A stretch of DNA of 35,605 nt, taken from positions 1 to 35,605 of the forward strand of contig RBNJ01000245.1 in NCBI GenBank assembly GCA_003990765.1. The letters run 5' to 3'. The DNA is from Jimgerdemannia flammicorona (lineage: Eukaryota). Under the pieces are notes generated by a model, which saw only the letters and a program-made list of their open reading frames with translations, made no database searches and was not told the DNA's origin. Below are positions 24,151 through 35,605 of this stretch, piece after piece. The position numbers and the translations under genes were made by a program. Position 1 is the stretch's first letter, and the number at the start of each line of letters is the position of its first letter.

Positions 24151-24900
24151 ATGGCGACCCAAGGCTCATCAAGCTTGGAGTGCCTAGAGAGGAGGAGGCC
24201 TGGCCTGGGCCTACCCAAGAGTTTTGTGGCAGCAGCTGGTCAAGGAGGGGCTGGGGGACAAACAGGAGGTCGTGGATCAGTAGCAGGACTGGGTGGATGG
24301 CACACAGTGGTGGGGAGTAAGCTGGTAGCTGCTAGGCCTGCAGTTGGGGGGCAGCAGGGGCATAGTGTTAAGAGGGGTGGACATCAGGTGACTGGTCAGC
24401 TGACTGGCCAGAGACCCAGCAGGGGTCAGGGGTCCGGGGGTGTGATGGCTGGGACTGGCTTTCCTGGGGCTGGGCCAGTGGCTGGAGGTGAGACTGCTGG
24501 TAGTGCAGTAGCTCCTAGCGAGATGGTGGCTGGTATATCTGGTAGCAAGAACAAGGCAACCCTGGCAGTAGAAACTGGAGAGCTGGTGGTATAACCATTC
24601 TTCCATAAGTCAGTGTCATCATGGGCAGTCTCCACCAACTTCTTGGGCCTTGGTCTGTCAGTCAAGGAAGTTTTACGGCTGGTGGGTGAGGAGGTTGCTG
24701 GGGCTGAGTCACTGAGGTATATCCCCTTGGCGGAGGCAGTTGAGGTCAGATTTGTTGAGGAGGAGGCCATGGTGAAGGCCTTGGAGAAGGGGTTGATGGT
24801 CAAGAATGTTAAGGTGGGGATGGCGAGGTGCCTGAGATGGGATCCATATGCAGTGAGGTTAGTGGTAGAAGGACTGCCAACGCTGAGTAGGCAGGAGACT
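24151..24900 (+). pseudogene. A1 ORF1, 5' part
   Basis: Track ORFs 24151..24594 and 24613..24993 are homologous to 29751..30533. Confidence 0.88.
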
Positions 24901-25022
24901 TTTTTTTTTTTTTTTTATATTACCTTGGACTCCTTTATTACGAACTATCTAATACAATATCAACTAACCACAACCACTACTAACATCATATAACATATAT
25001 AAGTAGAGCCCTTCAACCAACT

Positions 25023-28000
25023 TCAACCAACTCCTTCCTTCCATCTCACCCCTTGATCATCTAAAATCAGATACCCTCGACTCCTCTGTACAATGTCCTG
25101 TACCTTCTTTAAGGCCCCTGATTGAAGTTGCTTCCCCTGATACCACTATCCCTGAACCACCTCCTGGAGAAGCCACCTCCACTACTCCACCATCTCACCA
25201 ATCTCCATCCATAGGTCCTGTTCAAAAATCCACCACCAATGTACTGCCATCAAGACCCAGACCCCCAAAACTTGACCAAGGCCCCCCCATATATCACCAA
25301 TTTCCCCTATTAGCTGGTGCTTGACCACCAGACTGGTCAGATCCTCTGCCCTATGCCTCTCAGAGCCCCAGTAATCTTCCAAACACTGCCAAAATCCTTC
25401 CACACCTGGGCAGGCCCCCAGAATATGTTCTGGTGTCTGAACCACTCCTCTATCAATCTCATCACACCACTTGCAGTCCCGACAGCCATCCACCTCCATC
25501 CAGCCAGTCCAATAGCCCAGCATCACATTATGTCTTAAAAATCACCACCAAACCACCCAATATTTGGATGGCACCATCTAGTGTACTGAGGTTCCCCAAT
25601 TCCAAATTCTAACCCACTCCCAGTCTTCACTGATACCAGCTCTCTGCCACCCAGGCAGCCATCTCTCCAGAGGGCCAGACCTGATCCACTCCATTGCCTC
25701 AATCAGGGAGTACTCCTTCAGACTATGGCCACCAACATGAAGGTCTCCCAGTCGCCACCACCTCTGCTCAGGATTCTTACCCACCTCAATCTCTGGGCCT
25801 GTCAATCCCATGGCCAGCCAGGCCTCTACAATACCCCACCAGAACTCCTTAAACCACAGTCAGCCTATACTTCTAACTTGAAGCAAGCCCCACATATTCT
25901 TCCAAACCTCACCACGAGGGCAGAACCAGACCTTCCAATTGTCCATGGTCAGCCTGCCCCAACCTTCTTCACCTAGTTCCATCATTCGGCACCACCACCA
26001 GCCCCGAAGCACCTTCAGCCAGCATCTGAAATCCACCAACCCCAGGCCTCCATCTGAAGTCCTCATTACTAAAGTCTCCCATCCAATCTGCAGACGCCTC
26101 CCCTGTCATAACCACCCCTCAACAATCTTCTTCAACTGCTGCACCACCCACCCTGGGAAATCCAGATGATAACCCAGATACCACAGTTTGGGCAGCCAGT
26201 ATACATTCAAGACCACTATCCTGCTGACCAAGGAGAAGCTCCTCCCTGACCAACCTGTCAGAGCACCTTCCAGCCTCTGAATTAAACCACACCACCACTC
26301 CTTTGGCAGGACTGTCCCATATACTGAGAACCAGATACCCAGATATTGAACCACACTCCCTATGGCTACCAATTGTCCAAATTGTCTATGACCCCCCAGG
26401 CCAGCACCAAGTTCCATTGTCTTGCACTTGCCCCAATTCAACTTTGCCCCTGCCAGTCTCTCATACTGTCCAACCTCTTCTTGCAGGGCTTCTACATCCT
26501 CCTGACTACCCAACCCTACCACCATATCATCTGCAAAGGCACCCAGCTGCCAGACCACATCTTCCATCTTCAGTCCTGAGAGCTGCCCCTTCAGCCATGC
26601 CAGCAGAGGCTCTAGAGAAAGTACATAACGAAGGGGGGAGAGAGGATCCCTCTGCAGTACCCCTTGCCCCAAGGCAAACTCTGGTCCACACCATCCATTC
26701 ATCATGACCACTGCTTGGCATCCCCGTACTAAGCCCATCAGACACCCTGCCTCTATAACACCAAACCCAGCCCTCCTCAGAACAGCCTCCAGATAACTCC
26801 ACTGCACTCTGTCATAGGCCTTCTCTTGATCCAGAAAGACCATCTGGCCATCCACCCACCAGCTCCTACAGCTCTCTAAAATATTCTACACCCAGGCAGT
26901 ACTATCTCTGATCTGCCTCCCCTTGACAAAGCCATGCTGCTCCTCCCCAACTAGTGTACCAACATACTGCTGCATCCTCCCTGCTAGAATCTTCGACACC
27001 AACTTTCTATCCACATTCAGCAGCATAATAGGCTGCCAATTATGCCACACCCATCGATCCCCCTTTTCCTTATATAGAAGAGAGACCAGCCCCAAGGGAC
27101 CATTGCCTATCCAGCAGCCCTCCTTCAGAACAGCATTGGCCATCTCCACCAACCAGTCACCAAACTTGGCCTTGAACTCCTTCCAGAATTCCCAGGGCAA
27201 CCCATCCTCTCCTGGTGACAAACTAGTCTGCATCTTTCTCAGTACTTCCAATACTTCATCCAGGGATACCTTTCCCATGACTGCTTCCCCTATCTCAGGT
27301 ATCACTGTCACCAGCCAACTGTTCACCATATTGTCATTATCTACCTCAAACTCTGTGCCCTCCGACTACTCCCTGCCATCCTGCCAAAGAGCCTACCATT
27401 GGCCAGATATCTCCCCTAATATCAGTAATTCCAGAGACCTCTACTCCATCTTCACACAAAACTGAAGCCTAGCTATATCATACTCTCCTGGCCTTCAAGA
27501 TACCAGACAGATATCTCATCGGTCTCTCTCCTTCTTCCAACTGTCTGACTTGTAGCCTGGCCAGCAGGCCATCTACCACCCTGGTCTCTGACACCTTTAA
27601 ATCTACCTGCAACTCAGCCACCTCTAATGCCAAATGGTGGCACACCTCCCCAGACAAGTTCCCCTTTTCCAAGAGCTTCAATCACCATCTCAGCCCCTTC
27701 TCCACCCTCCTTTATTTGTCCTTCTGTTCATTCCCAGTCACTTCTCCAACATCATGCCAGTAAGCACCAGCCAAGTGTTTGAATTTACCCCACCATTCCG
27801 CTATCAACTGCCCTTCATTCTGCCATTGCCTAACTTCCTGTTTCATAACTACTACAAAATTGTCCCTCTCCTTCTTCTTCTGAGTAAGGCCACATTGAGG
27901 CACCAGTGTCCACTACCACTGCCTGTATCTTGGAATCTCCCGCAAACCTCCACTCCCCAGTGATCTGACCAAGGGCACCAGTGCACCTCAGCAGTGTCCA

Positions 28001-28652
28001 AAACATTACCCCAGCACTCCGCCACTAGCACCCAGTCTATTCGTGTCTCAACCAAGGTTGTTCCCACTGGGTGCTACCTGGTGAAAGGTCCCACCACATC
28101 TCCCTGCTGCTGATGAACACCATCCACCAAGCCCATGTCTCACTCCACCTGAAGCCATTGAGAAAGTCCATGTGACACCATGACTTCTGCTCCACCATCA
28201 GATCTGTCCAGTGCTCGATCACGTACCATATTGAAGTCCTCCTCCAAAATGTCCAAAGCAACTACCTCCCGACCATCCCATGCCTGCCATCCCTCAACCC
28301 ATTGCTTTCACTCTCTGCTAACTGCAGGGAGGTAAACCGATCCAACCGTCAAACCATCACCTGCCCCTCCTTTTAGTCTTCCCCAAATTAGTCTGTCACC
28401 GAAGCTCTCCACCTCCACCAACTTGTCTTTGTCTATACCAATTAAGATTCCCACCTGCATATTCCAACCTGCTCCACCATACCATTCTTTACTCCAAATC
28501 TCATAGTCTGACTCACCATAAGCCCGAACATCCTGAAGAAACATAACATCATACCTCCTGACTTTAAGCCATCTGAAAAGCCGCCATCTTTTAACACCAT
28601 CCTGCAATCCATTGACATTGATTGATAAAATACGTAGATTGTTCATCATCAT
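25023..28652 (-). pseudogene. A2 ORF2: APE endonuclease, RT, CCHC domain (stops, local frameshift ~27450-27880)
   Basis: LRILSINVNGL, FLQDV, TRIDW, WSDH, SPGEDGLP, DQEKAYDRV, FADD, and CKWC...TPEHILGAC. Confidence 0.93.
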
Positions 28653-28664
28653 TAAGGAAGTTGT

Positions 28665-30533
28665 TTAAAGCTCAGCTGGAACTACCACTACCTTCTCAGC
28701 CCTTCCTCTAATGATCTCCTGCTAGTCCTCACAAATCGCCCTCCAGATTTGATCACTATTTTCACTGTTGCAGAACAGGTCCACTCTTTCTGCTGCCACC
28801 TTCCTGATGTCAGCCATTTGGTTCTCATCAACATCATATCCTTCATCATCCAGAAGGGCAGCTACCATCACCATCACCAGCTTAGGCCCCTACATCGCTA
28901 CCTTGAGAAATCCTTCCCATACCTCCTGAGATCCATGAAATACATCCACTTCCTTGATATCCTCCTCAGCCAGCTCCTCCAACACTGCCTGGTACCAACT
29001 CTCTGCCATCATCACCAGGGGCCCAGGAGTTGAAGGCCTGGGGGTTTTGCTCAGTTCTTGCAGTTGTTCTCTGTCTGCCGACACATCAGAAGCCACATCC
29101 ACCAGCTCATCCTCCTCCACCACCTTCTCCAAATGGATTACCTCCCTAGCTTCTGGGCACTCCCAATGCACATTCACCACCCCAGCCATATGGGTGTCCT
29201 CCACCTAAGTTTCCGGCACCACCTCAGCATCAACCTCAAAGCCTCCTTCACCAACCTCCTCCTTATCTGCCCACTTCCCTCTCACTGGTGCATGTGCCGA
29301 GTCCTCTACACCACCCATCTGAGAGAAGGACACCTCTGCCACCTCCACTCCTTCCATCTGATTCTTGGCCGCCTCTACTCTTGTCTCCTCTTCCACTGCC
29401 ACCCCCTGAAGGGCTACCTCTAGATGCTCCCAGTTCTCTTTTCTCCACCTCTTCCACTTGCCATCTGCCTCGATCCAGACCCAATCCTTTGTGTACTCCT
29501 CCCACTTCCTCTTTCGCAGCTCCTTGGCAGCCTCCCTCTCCTCCAGAGCGATTGCTAACTCTTCCTCCTCCTGTTCTGCTCCCTTCCTCCTCCACACCTT
29601 GCACTCTTGCCCCCCAATCCTAATCCCTTCAGGCCAATCATGGCCCAGCCCAGTTGCCTCCTTGCCTTCCAAATACAGCATCACCTTGCAGTTACCATTC
29701 TGCAACTTGGTGCTCTCCCAGAGCATGAATCCGAAGTCCACCATCTCACATTATCCACCCAGTGCCTCCACCACCATCTCCTTGGTCTCCTGCCTGCCCA
29801 GAGTAGGCAGTCCTTCCACCACCAGCCAAACAGCACATGGATCCCATCTCAGACACCTCGCCATCCCAATCTGGACACCCTTGACTGTCATCTCTTTCTC
29901 CAGTGCCTTCACCATTGCCTCCTCCTCCACAAATCCAATCTCCACAGCCTCTGCCAAAGGGATGAACTTCAGAGACTCTGCTCTAGCCACTTCCTCCCCC
30001 ACCAGTCTCAGAACCTCCCTTGCTGACATTGCCAATCCCAGGAAGTTCACCAAGATTGCCAATGTTGACACCGATTTATGAAAGAAGGGCCTCACCACCA
30101 GCTCACCAGTCCCAGCTGCCAGAGGCACCTTTCCTTTGGCCCCCAAAACACCAGTAGTTGTTCCACCAGGTATAGCTGTACCACCCACAGTCTTCTCCCC
30201 AGCCATCTGCCCAGCTACAGAAGAACCAGTCCCCAGCATCACGCCACCAGACCTCTGTCTCTTGCCAGCCACCTGACCTGTCACCTGACTTGTCACCTGA
30301 CCTCTCCCCCTGTCAACACTATGTCCCCCCTGTCCAACCCCCATGGGCCTAGCTGCAGCCCTCCTATTCCCAAACACTGTATGCCAGGTCTCAATCCCTC
30401 CAGTCCTCCCCTGCCCACCTGCCCTTCTAGCAGCCACACCAGCCCCTGCAGCAGCTGCAAAGCTCCTGGGAATACTCAGACTGGGCCTCCTCCTCTCCAG
30501 ATGCTCAGAGCTAGAGGAATCTTGACTAGCCAT
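28665..30533 (-). pseudogene. A2 ORF1 (~622 codons, a few premature stops)
   Basis: Track ORFs 29751..30533, 29205..29744 and 28890..29204 share one frame. Confidence 0.88.
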
Positions 30534-30720
30534 GTTGCCAAAACTTGACGGTTTTCCTTGAAACTTATTGTGCCTTGTAGATAGACTCCTGCTGCACGAT
30601 GTACACCAATATATTCGAAATAAAAACTTGAAAACATGTTGTCTTTCGCTGAAGGATATCTGTGTGGCTTAGCTCTCTCCAAATGGTTCAAGCAAAAGAA
30701 GTCCAAGTAGGCAGGAGACT

Positions 30721-31839
30721 AAGATGGTGATCACCAAGGCTCTGGAAGGCTTTGGCAAGATGGTGGATTTCGGATTTATGTTTTGGGAGGGCACCAAGTT
30801 GAGGAATGGTAATTGTGAGGCAATGGTGTGGCTGGAGGGGAAGAAGTCAACAGGCCTCAGGCGAGACTGGCCAGAGGTCATTTGTGTTGGGGAGCAGGAT
30901 TGCCGGGTCTAGAGGAGGAAAGGCTCTGAGCAGGAAGAGGAGGAGCTGCTGATAGCCCTTGAGGAGTGTGATGAGGCAAAGGCTTTGCAGAAAAGGAAAT
31001 GGGAGGAATTTGCTAAGGATTGGATCTGGATTGAGATGGATGGCAAGAGGAAGTGTTGGCATAGGGTGAACTGGGAGCGGCTGCAGGCAGTGCTGCGAGC
31101 ATCTGAGGAGGAGGAGGTTGAAAGGGTGGCATCTGACAGAAATCATATGGAAGGGGTGGAGGTGGCAGAGGTGTCCTTCTCGCAGTTGGGGGGAGTGGAG
31201 GAATCTGTGCATGCACCTGTAACAGGGAAGTGGGCAGGTGGTGAAGAAGAGTGAGGAGAAGGATTCAAAGAAAATGTGGAGGTGATCCCTGAAACTCCGA
31301 TGGAAGACATGGTGATGGCTAGGTCGGCAAATGTGTACTGGGAATGTCCAGAAGCCGGGGAGGTAGTAAGGTTGGATAAGGTCTCTGAAGAGGATGAGCT
31401 GGTGGATATCGCTTTGGATGTTTCAGCAGACAGAGAGCTGCTTCAGGAGCTTTGCTGGACTCCCAGGCCTGCGACTCCAGGGCTGATGGCAATAGTGGCA
31501 GATGGTTGGTTCCAGGCAGTTCTGGAGGAGCTGGCAGAGGATGACATTAAGGAAGTGGATGTGTTTCAGGGCTCTCCAGAGGCGTGGGACAGATTTCTCA
31601 AGGTGGCACTGCAGGGACCAAAGCTTGTAACTGTAATGGTGGCAGCCCTTCTGGAGGATGAAGGGTATGAGGTGGATGATGACTGAATGGCAGATATCCA
31701 TAAGGTGGCATCCAAGCGAGTGGACTTCTTCTGTAGCAGTGTCAATGGCAAAAGAATTTGACGAGCAGTCTGTGAGGAGCATCAAGACATCATTAAGGGC
31801 TGAGCTGAGAAGGTGGTAGCAGTGGTGGCTGATATCTAA
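30721..31839 (+). pseudogene. A1 ORF1, 3' part
   Basis: Track ORFs 30724..30912, 30985..31254 and 31276..31686 are homologous to A2 ORF1 (28665-29744). Confidence 0.88.
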
Positions 31840-31853
31840 ACTCCAAATTTTCC

Positions 31854-34800
31854 ATGATGAAGTATGACCTATGAATTCTGTCTATTAATGTCAATGGCTT
31901 GCGAGATGGTGTGAAGCAGTGGCATCTCTTTTGATGGTTGAAGATCCAGAGGTATGATGTGGTATTTCTTCAAGATATTCGAGCTTATAGGGAGGAGGAC
32001 TGTGAGTTGTGGAGTCAGGAATGGTTTGGGAATGCAGGATGGAGTAAGTAAGTTGGTATTCTGGTTGGAGTTGGGAAGGGGGAGTTAGTTGATATAGAAT
32101 GTTTTGGTGATTGTTTGGTGTGGGGATGGCTGAAGAGAGGGAAAGGAGATGGACTCTTAGTGGGCTCTGTATATCTGCCAGTAGTTGGCAGAGAGCAAAA
32201 GCAATAGGTGGAGGAGTGGCTTGCTTGGGAGAATTGGGCGACTCTAGGGTTAGACATTTTGGGGGGTGACTTTAACATGGTTAGGGACCATGCACTAGAT
32301 CAGTCTGATGGTGGGGCTGGGGTAGTGGTCTCTCCAGGGCTGTCTCAGTGGCTTCAGGTAGAGAAGGGCATGGGGTTGGTGGATGGTGTATGACTGAGGG
32401 TGGGAGGTGGGTCAGGCCCCTTTACAAGATGGTATTCCATAGACAATGGGATGGTTGGTATGCAGATTGACTGGGTGCTGGTAGCTGAACATTGGGGTAA
32501 TGTTTTCAATGTAGTTGGAGTATGGTGGTGCCCATGGTCAGACCATTGAGGAGTGGAGGTGAGCAGGAGATTCCAGGCTATTAATGGGGGAGGCAGGCAC
32601 TGGCGTCTTAACATAGCTTTGCTCTGGCGTCCAGCAGAACAAGAGCGATTCATACATGTGGCCTGACAAGAAGTAGAGCAGTGGGTGGCTGGTGGTCTAT
32701 CTATTGCAGATTGGTGGGGCAGATTCAAACACCTTGCTGGCGCATATTGGAGAGACACTGGAGAAGTGGCAGGAAAGGAGCAAAAGGACAAGGAAAGGAG
32801 AGTTGAAAGGGGTCTGCAGTGGTGGCTGAAGCTGTTGGAGGATGGTGCACTGGCAGAAGAAAGGAAGGGTCAACTCACTAGAGAAGTAATCAACTTGCAG
32901 GCAATCTTGAGGGAGGCCAAGAATAGAGTAGTGGATGGGCTCCTGGTGCGCCTAAGGGCTAGGTGACTGGAAGAGAGTGAAAGACTGACTAAGTACTTAT
33001 CTAGTGTCTTGAAGGCGAGGAATGTTCAACACAGCTGGTCTTCAGTTTTGCGAGACAATAGTGTTGAGGTCACCAGTATAGCAGATATGTTGGAGGAGAT
33101 TTCAGGACAATGGCAGACCCTTTGGAGTGATGATGACATAGAAGAGGGTGTTGGAGTAGGGGATGTTGCAGAGGCACCTCTAGTACATGACTGGCCAGTA
33201 GTGTCACTACTGGAGATTGGAGTTTCAGTATTCGGCAGAGTATCTTTGGAAGAGATGTTGGAGGTTTTGCAGAAGGCGCTGAGTAGTTCTTTGCCAGGGG
33301 AGGATGGTCTCCCTTGGGAATTTTGGAAGGAGTTTTGGGTGGAATTTGGAGCTTGGCTTGTTGAAATGGTTAATTTTGTACTGGAAGAAGGATGGTGGAT
33401 TGGGAATAGAAGTTTGGATCTGGTGTCTTTGCTGTATAAGGAGAAAGGTGACAGGAGGGAGTAGCATAATTGGTGGCCGATCATGCTGCTAAATGTCAAC
33501 AGGAAGCTAGTCTCCAAAATCTTAGTGGGGAGATTGCAGCAGTGGGTTGGAAGATTGGTAGGGGAGGAGCAGAGGGGCTTTGTGAAGGGTCGGCAGATTA
33601 GAGATAGTACTGCCTGGGTGCAAAATGTTTTGAAAGGCTGTAGGAGTAGACAGATCAATGGGAGGATGGTCTTTTTGGATCAAGAGAAGGCCTATGATAG
33701 GGTGCAGTGGTGTTACCTAGAAGTGGTACTCCAGAAAGTTGGATTTAAGCTGGGGGAGGTTGGATGGTTGATGGGGCTAGTGCAAGGCTGTCGAGGGGCA
33801 GTACTGATGAATGGCTGGAGTAGTCCAGAGTTTGCCTTAGGAAGAGGGGTTCCACAAGGGGACCCTCTTTCTCTGCTTCTTTATATCCTCTTGCTAGAAC
33901 CAGTACTGGCCTGGCTGAGAGGATGGCTGAATAGACTACATATGGGTGAGGTAGTTTGGAAGCTGGGGGTCTTTGCAGATGACATGGTGGTGGGGCTCGG
34001 CAGCATGGAGGACGTGGACACTTTGAGGGAAGGAATAGAACAGTATGAGGGGTTGGTGGGTGCAAAGTTGAACTGGGGGAAGTGTGAAACCTTAGAGCTT
34101 GGTACAGGCTTAGAGATAGCAGGGCTTGGATGAGTGGTGCCTAAGGGAGAGGCAGTCTGATACTTAGGGATATGGTTTTCAGTGTTCAGGACTGTTCTGC
34201 TGAAGGAGTGGTGGAATTCCATAGTACAAAAATGGGAAGGTGTGCTGACAGACTGGGTTGGTCGAAACTTTTCTCTAGCAGGAAGAGTGGTGGTCCTGAA
34301 TGTGTACTGGCTGCCGAAGCTGTAGTACCTGGGTTATCACCTAGATTTCTCTGGTTGGGTGGTGTGGCATCTCAAGAAGGTTATTGAAGAGTGGCTCTAG
34401 AAGGGTAGATGGCCACAGATTGGATGGGAGGCATTGGTGCTGCCAATTCCTGATGGTGGTTTGGGGTTGGTGGACTTTTGGTGAAGGTTGAAGACACTTA
34501 GGGGCTGGTGGGGTTGCTGACTAGTGGAGTTAGGAGAAGAGAGCTGGGGCAGATTAGTGATGGACAATTGGGAGATCAGATTCTGCCCCCGGAGTGCAGA
34601 GAGGAAGGATCTGCGAGGGTTAATTCAGATTGGATCTGTGGGGAGAATGCAGTTCAAAGGGTTCTGGTGGGGCATCATTGAGGCCTGACTTATGATGGGC
34701 CTGACGGGGCCAGAGGTGGAGGCAATAGAGGAGGGGGCAGATCCTGAACAGCAGTGGTGGTGACTTGAGTTACTTAGGGTCAGAGGGAAGGAGCTGAAGG

Positions 34801-35492
34801 ACTATTCTCTGGTTGAGGCAATGGAATGGGCCAGGTCGGGCCCTCTTGAGCAGTGGCTGGTAGGATGGCAGACAGCTGGTATTGGCGAGATGTGGGAATA
34901 GGGTAGAATTTGAGGATGGGCCACTACTCTAAATAAGGTGGTACTCTATCAGTATTGGGTAGTTTGGTGGAGGTTCCTGAGAAGGAATGTCATGTTGAAC
35001 TATTGGACAGGATGGATGGTGGTCGATGGATGCAGGGATTGTGAATGGTGTGCAGAGATCTCTGGAGAAGTGGTTCAGACCCCAGAGCATGTCATAGAGG
35101 CCTGCCCAGGGGTGAAGGGCTATTGGCAGATGCTAGAGGAATATTGGGGCTCTGATTGAAGGAGGCTGGGAGAGTCGGCTAGTGTCGTCATCCAGAGGAG
35201 ACTGGTGGGAGATGTTGGGGACATTTGGGGAGGTGTTGGGCAGATCTTAGGAGTGTGGGTCTTAATGGTAGTATACTGGCAATGGGTCTTTGAAGGTGAA
35301 TGTTGGATGGGTATTGGGGACCTGGTTGAGCAATGGTATTGGCTAGTGCAGGAAGTAGTACAGGGTTGGTGGTACCAGGGGAGGCAACAGAAGTTGGGGG
35401 CAGTAAAGAAAGTACATGACATTATAGTGGGGAGTCAGGGTTGTTTGATATTAGGTAAGGGCGAGGTGCAGTGGAAAATTGGGGTGGGTTGA
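31854..35492 (+). pseudogene. A1 ORF2: APE endonuclease, RT, CCHC domain (~1212 codons, premature stops)
   Basis: SINVNGL, FLQDI, GGDFN, WSDH; PGEDGLP, DQEKAYDRV, GVPQGDPLS, FADD; CEWC...TPEHVIEAC. Confidence 0.93.
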
Positions 35493-35605
35493 TTGAACTT
35501 GTAGGTTTATTTCACCCAGATAGTATGGGATAGGATGTTGGCAGGTTATCTTTGTGGTTAATTCATATAGACTAGTGGAATAAAGGAGTCCAAGTGACTA
35601 TAAAA

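Larger units (their letters stand above)
24901..30705 (-). mobile_element. Full-length L1/Tx1-clade LINE (family A, copy A2), inserted antisense into A1
   Basis: T16 tract at 24901-24916 is the poly(A) tail. Perfect 15-bp TSD AGTAGGCAGGAGACT at 24886-24900 and 30706-30720. Confidence 0.95.
23983..35605 (+). mobile_element. Full-length L1/Tx1-clade LINE (family A, copy A1), split in ORF1 by copy A2
   Basis: 5'UTR 23983-24150. ORF1 reads GLPTLSRQET|KMVITKALEG across the insertion. ORF2 follows, and the 3' end is AATAAAGGAGTCCAAGTGACTATAAAA. Confidence 0.92.

Noticed and set aside
31854..35492. Alternative genetic code or stop read-through explaining the in-frame TGA/TAG codons
   Set aside because: The stops differ between copies and sit at CGA, CAG or TGG positions of the sister copy, so they are transition damage.

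Overview
This is eukaryotic, probably fungal, heterochromatin-like DNA made almost entirely of nested, C>T/G>A-eroded retroelements. I see no intact host gene, RNA gene or CRISPR. Ten insertions can be resolved. (1) An old + strand Ty1/Copia (~11705-23982) forms the scaffold. (2) A second, minus-strand Copia (13379-21850; LTR pair, TSD ATAAC) sits in its integrase. That inner Copia carries (3) a 1.5-kb poly(A)-tailed, TSD-flanked non-coding element built around a 9-bp minisatellite (15315-16841, SVA-like architecture) and (4) a 2.0-kb TG...CA solo-LTR-like element (17059-19085, TSD ACTAC) with a 365-codon ORF. On the left, (5) an Ngaro/DIRS tyrosine-recombinase element is cut by a stack of three L1/Tx1-clade LINEs (6-8). 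On the right, (9) a full LINE is interrupted in ORF1 by (10) an antisense full-length relative with a 15-bp TSD. The best novelty candidates are the VNTR retroposon, which shares a 3' AATAAA-stem-loop-poly(A) signature with the neighbouring LINEs, and the gene-bearing LTR. All calls come from manual reading; no database searches were run.
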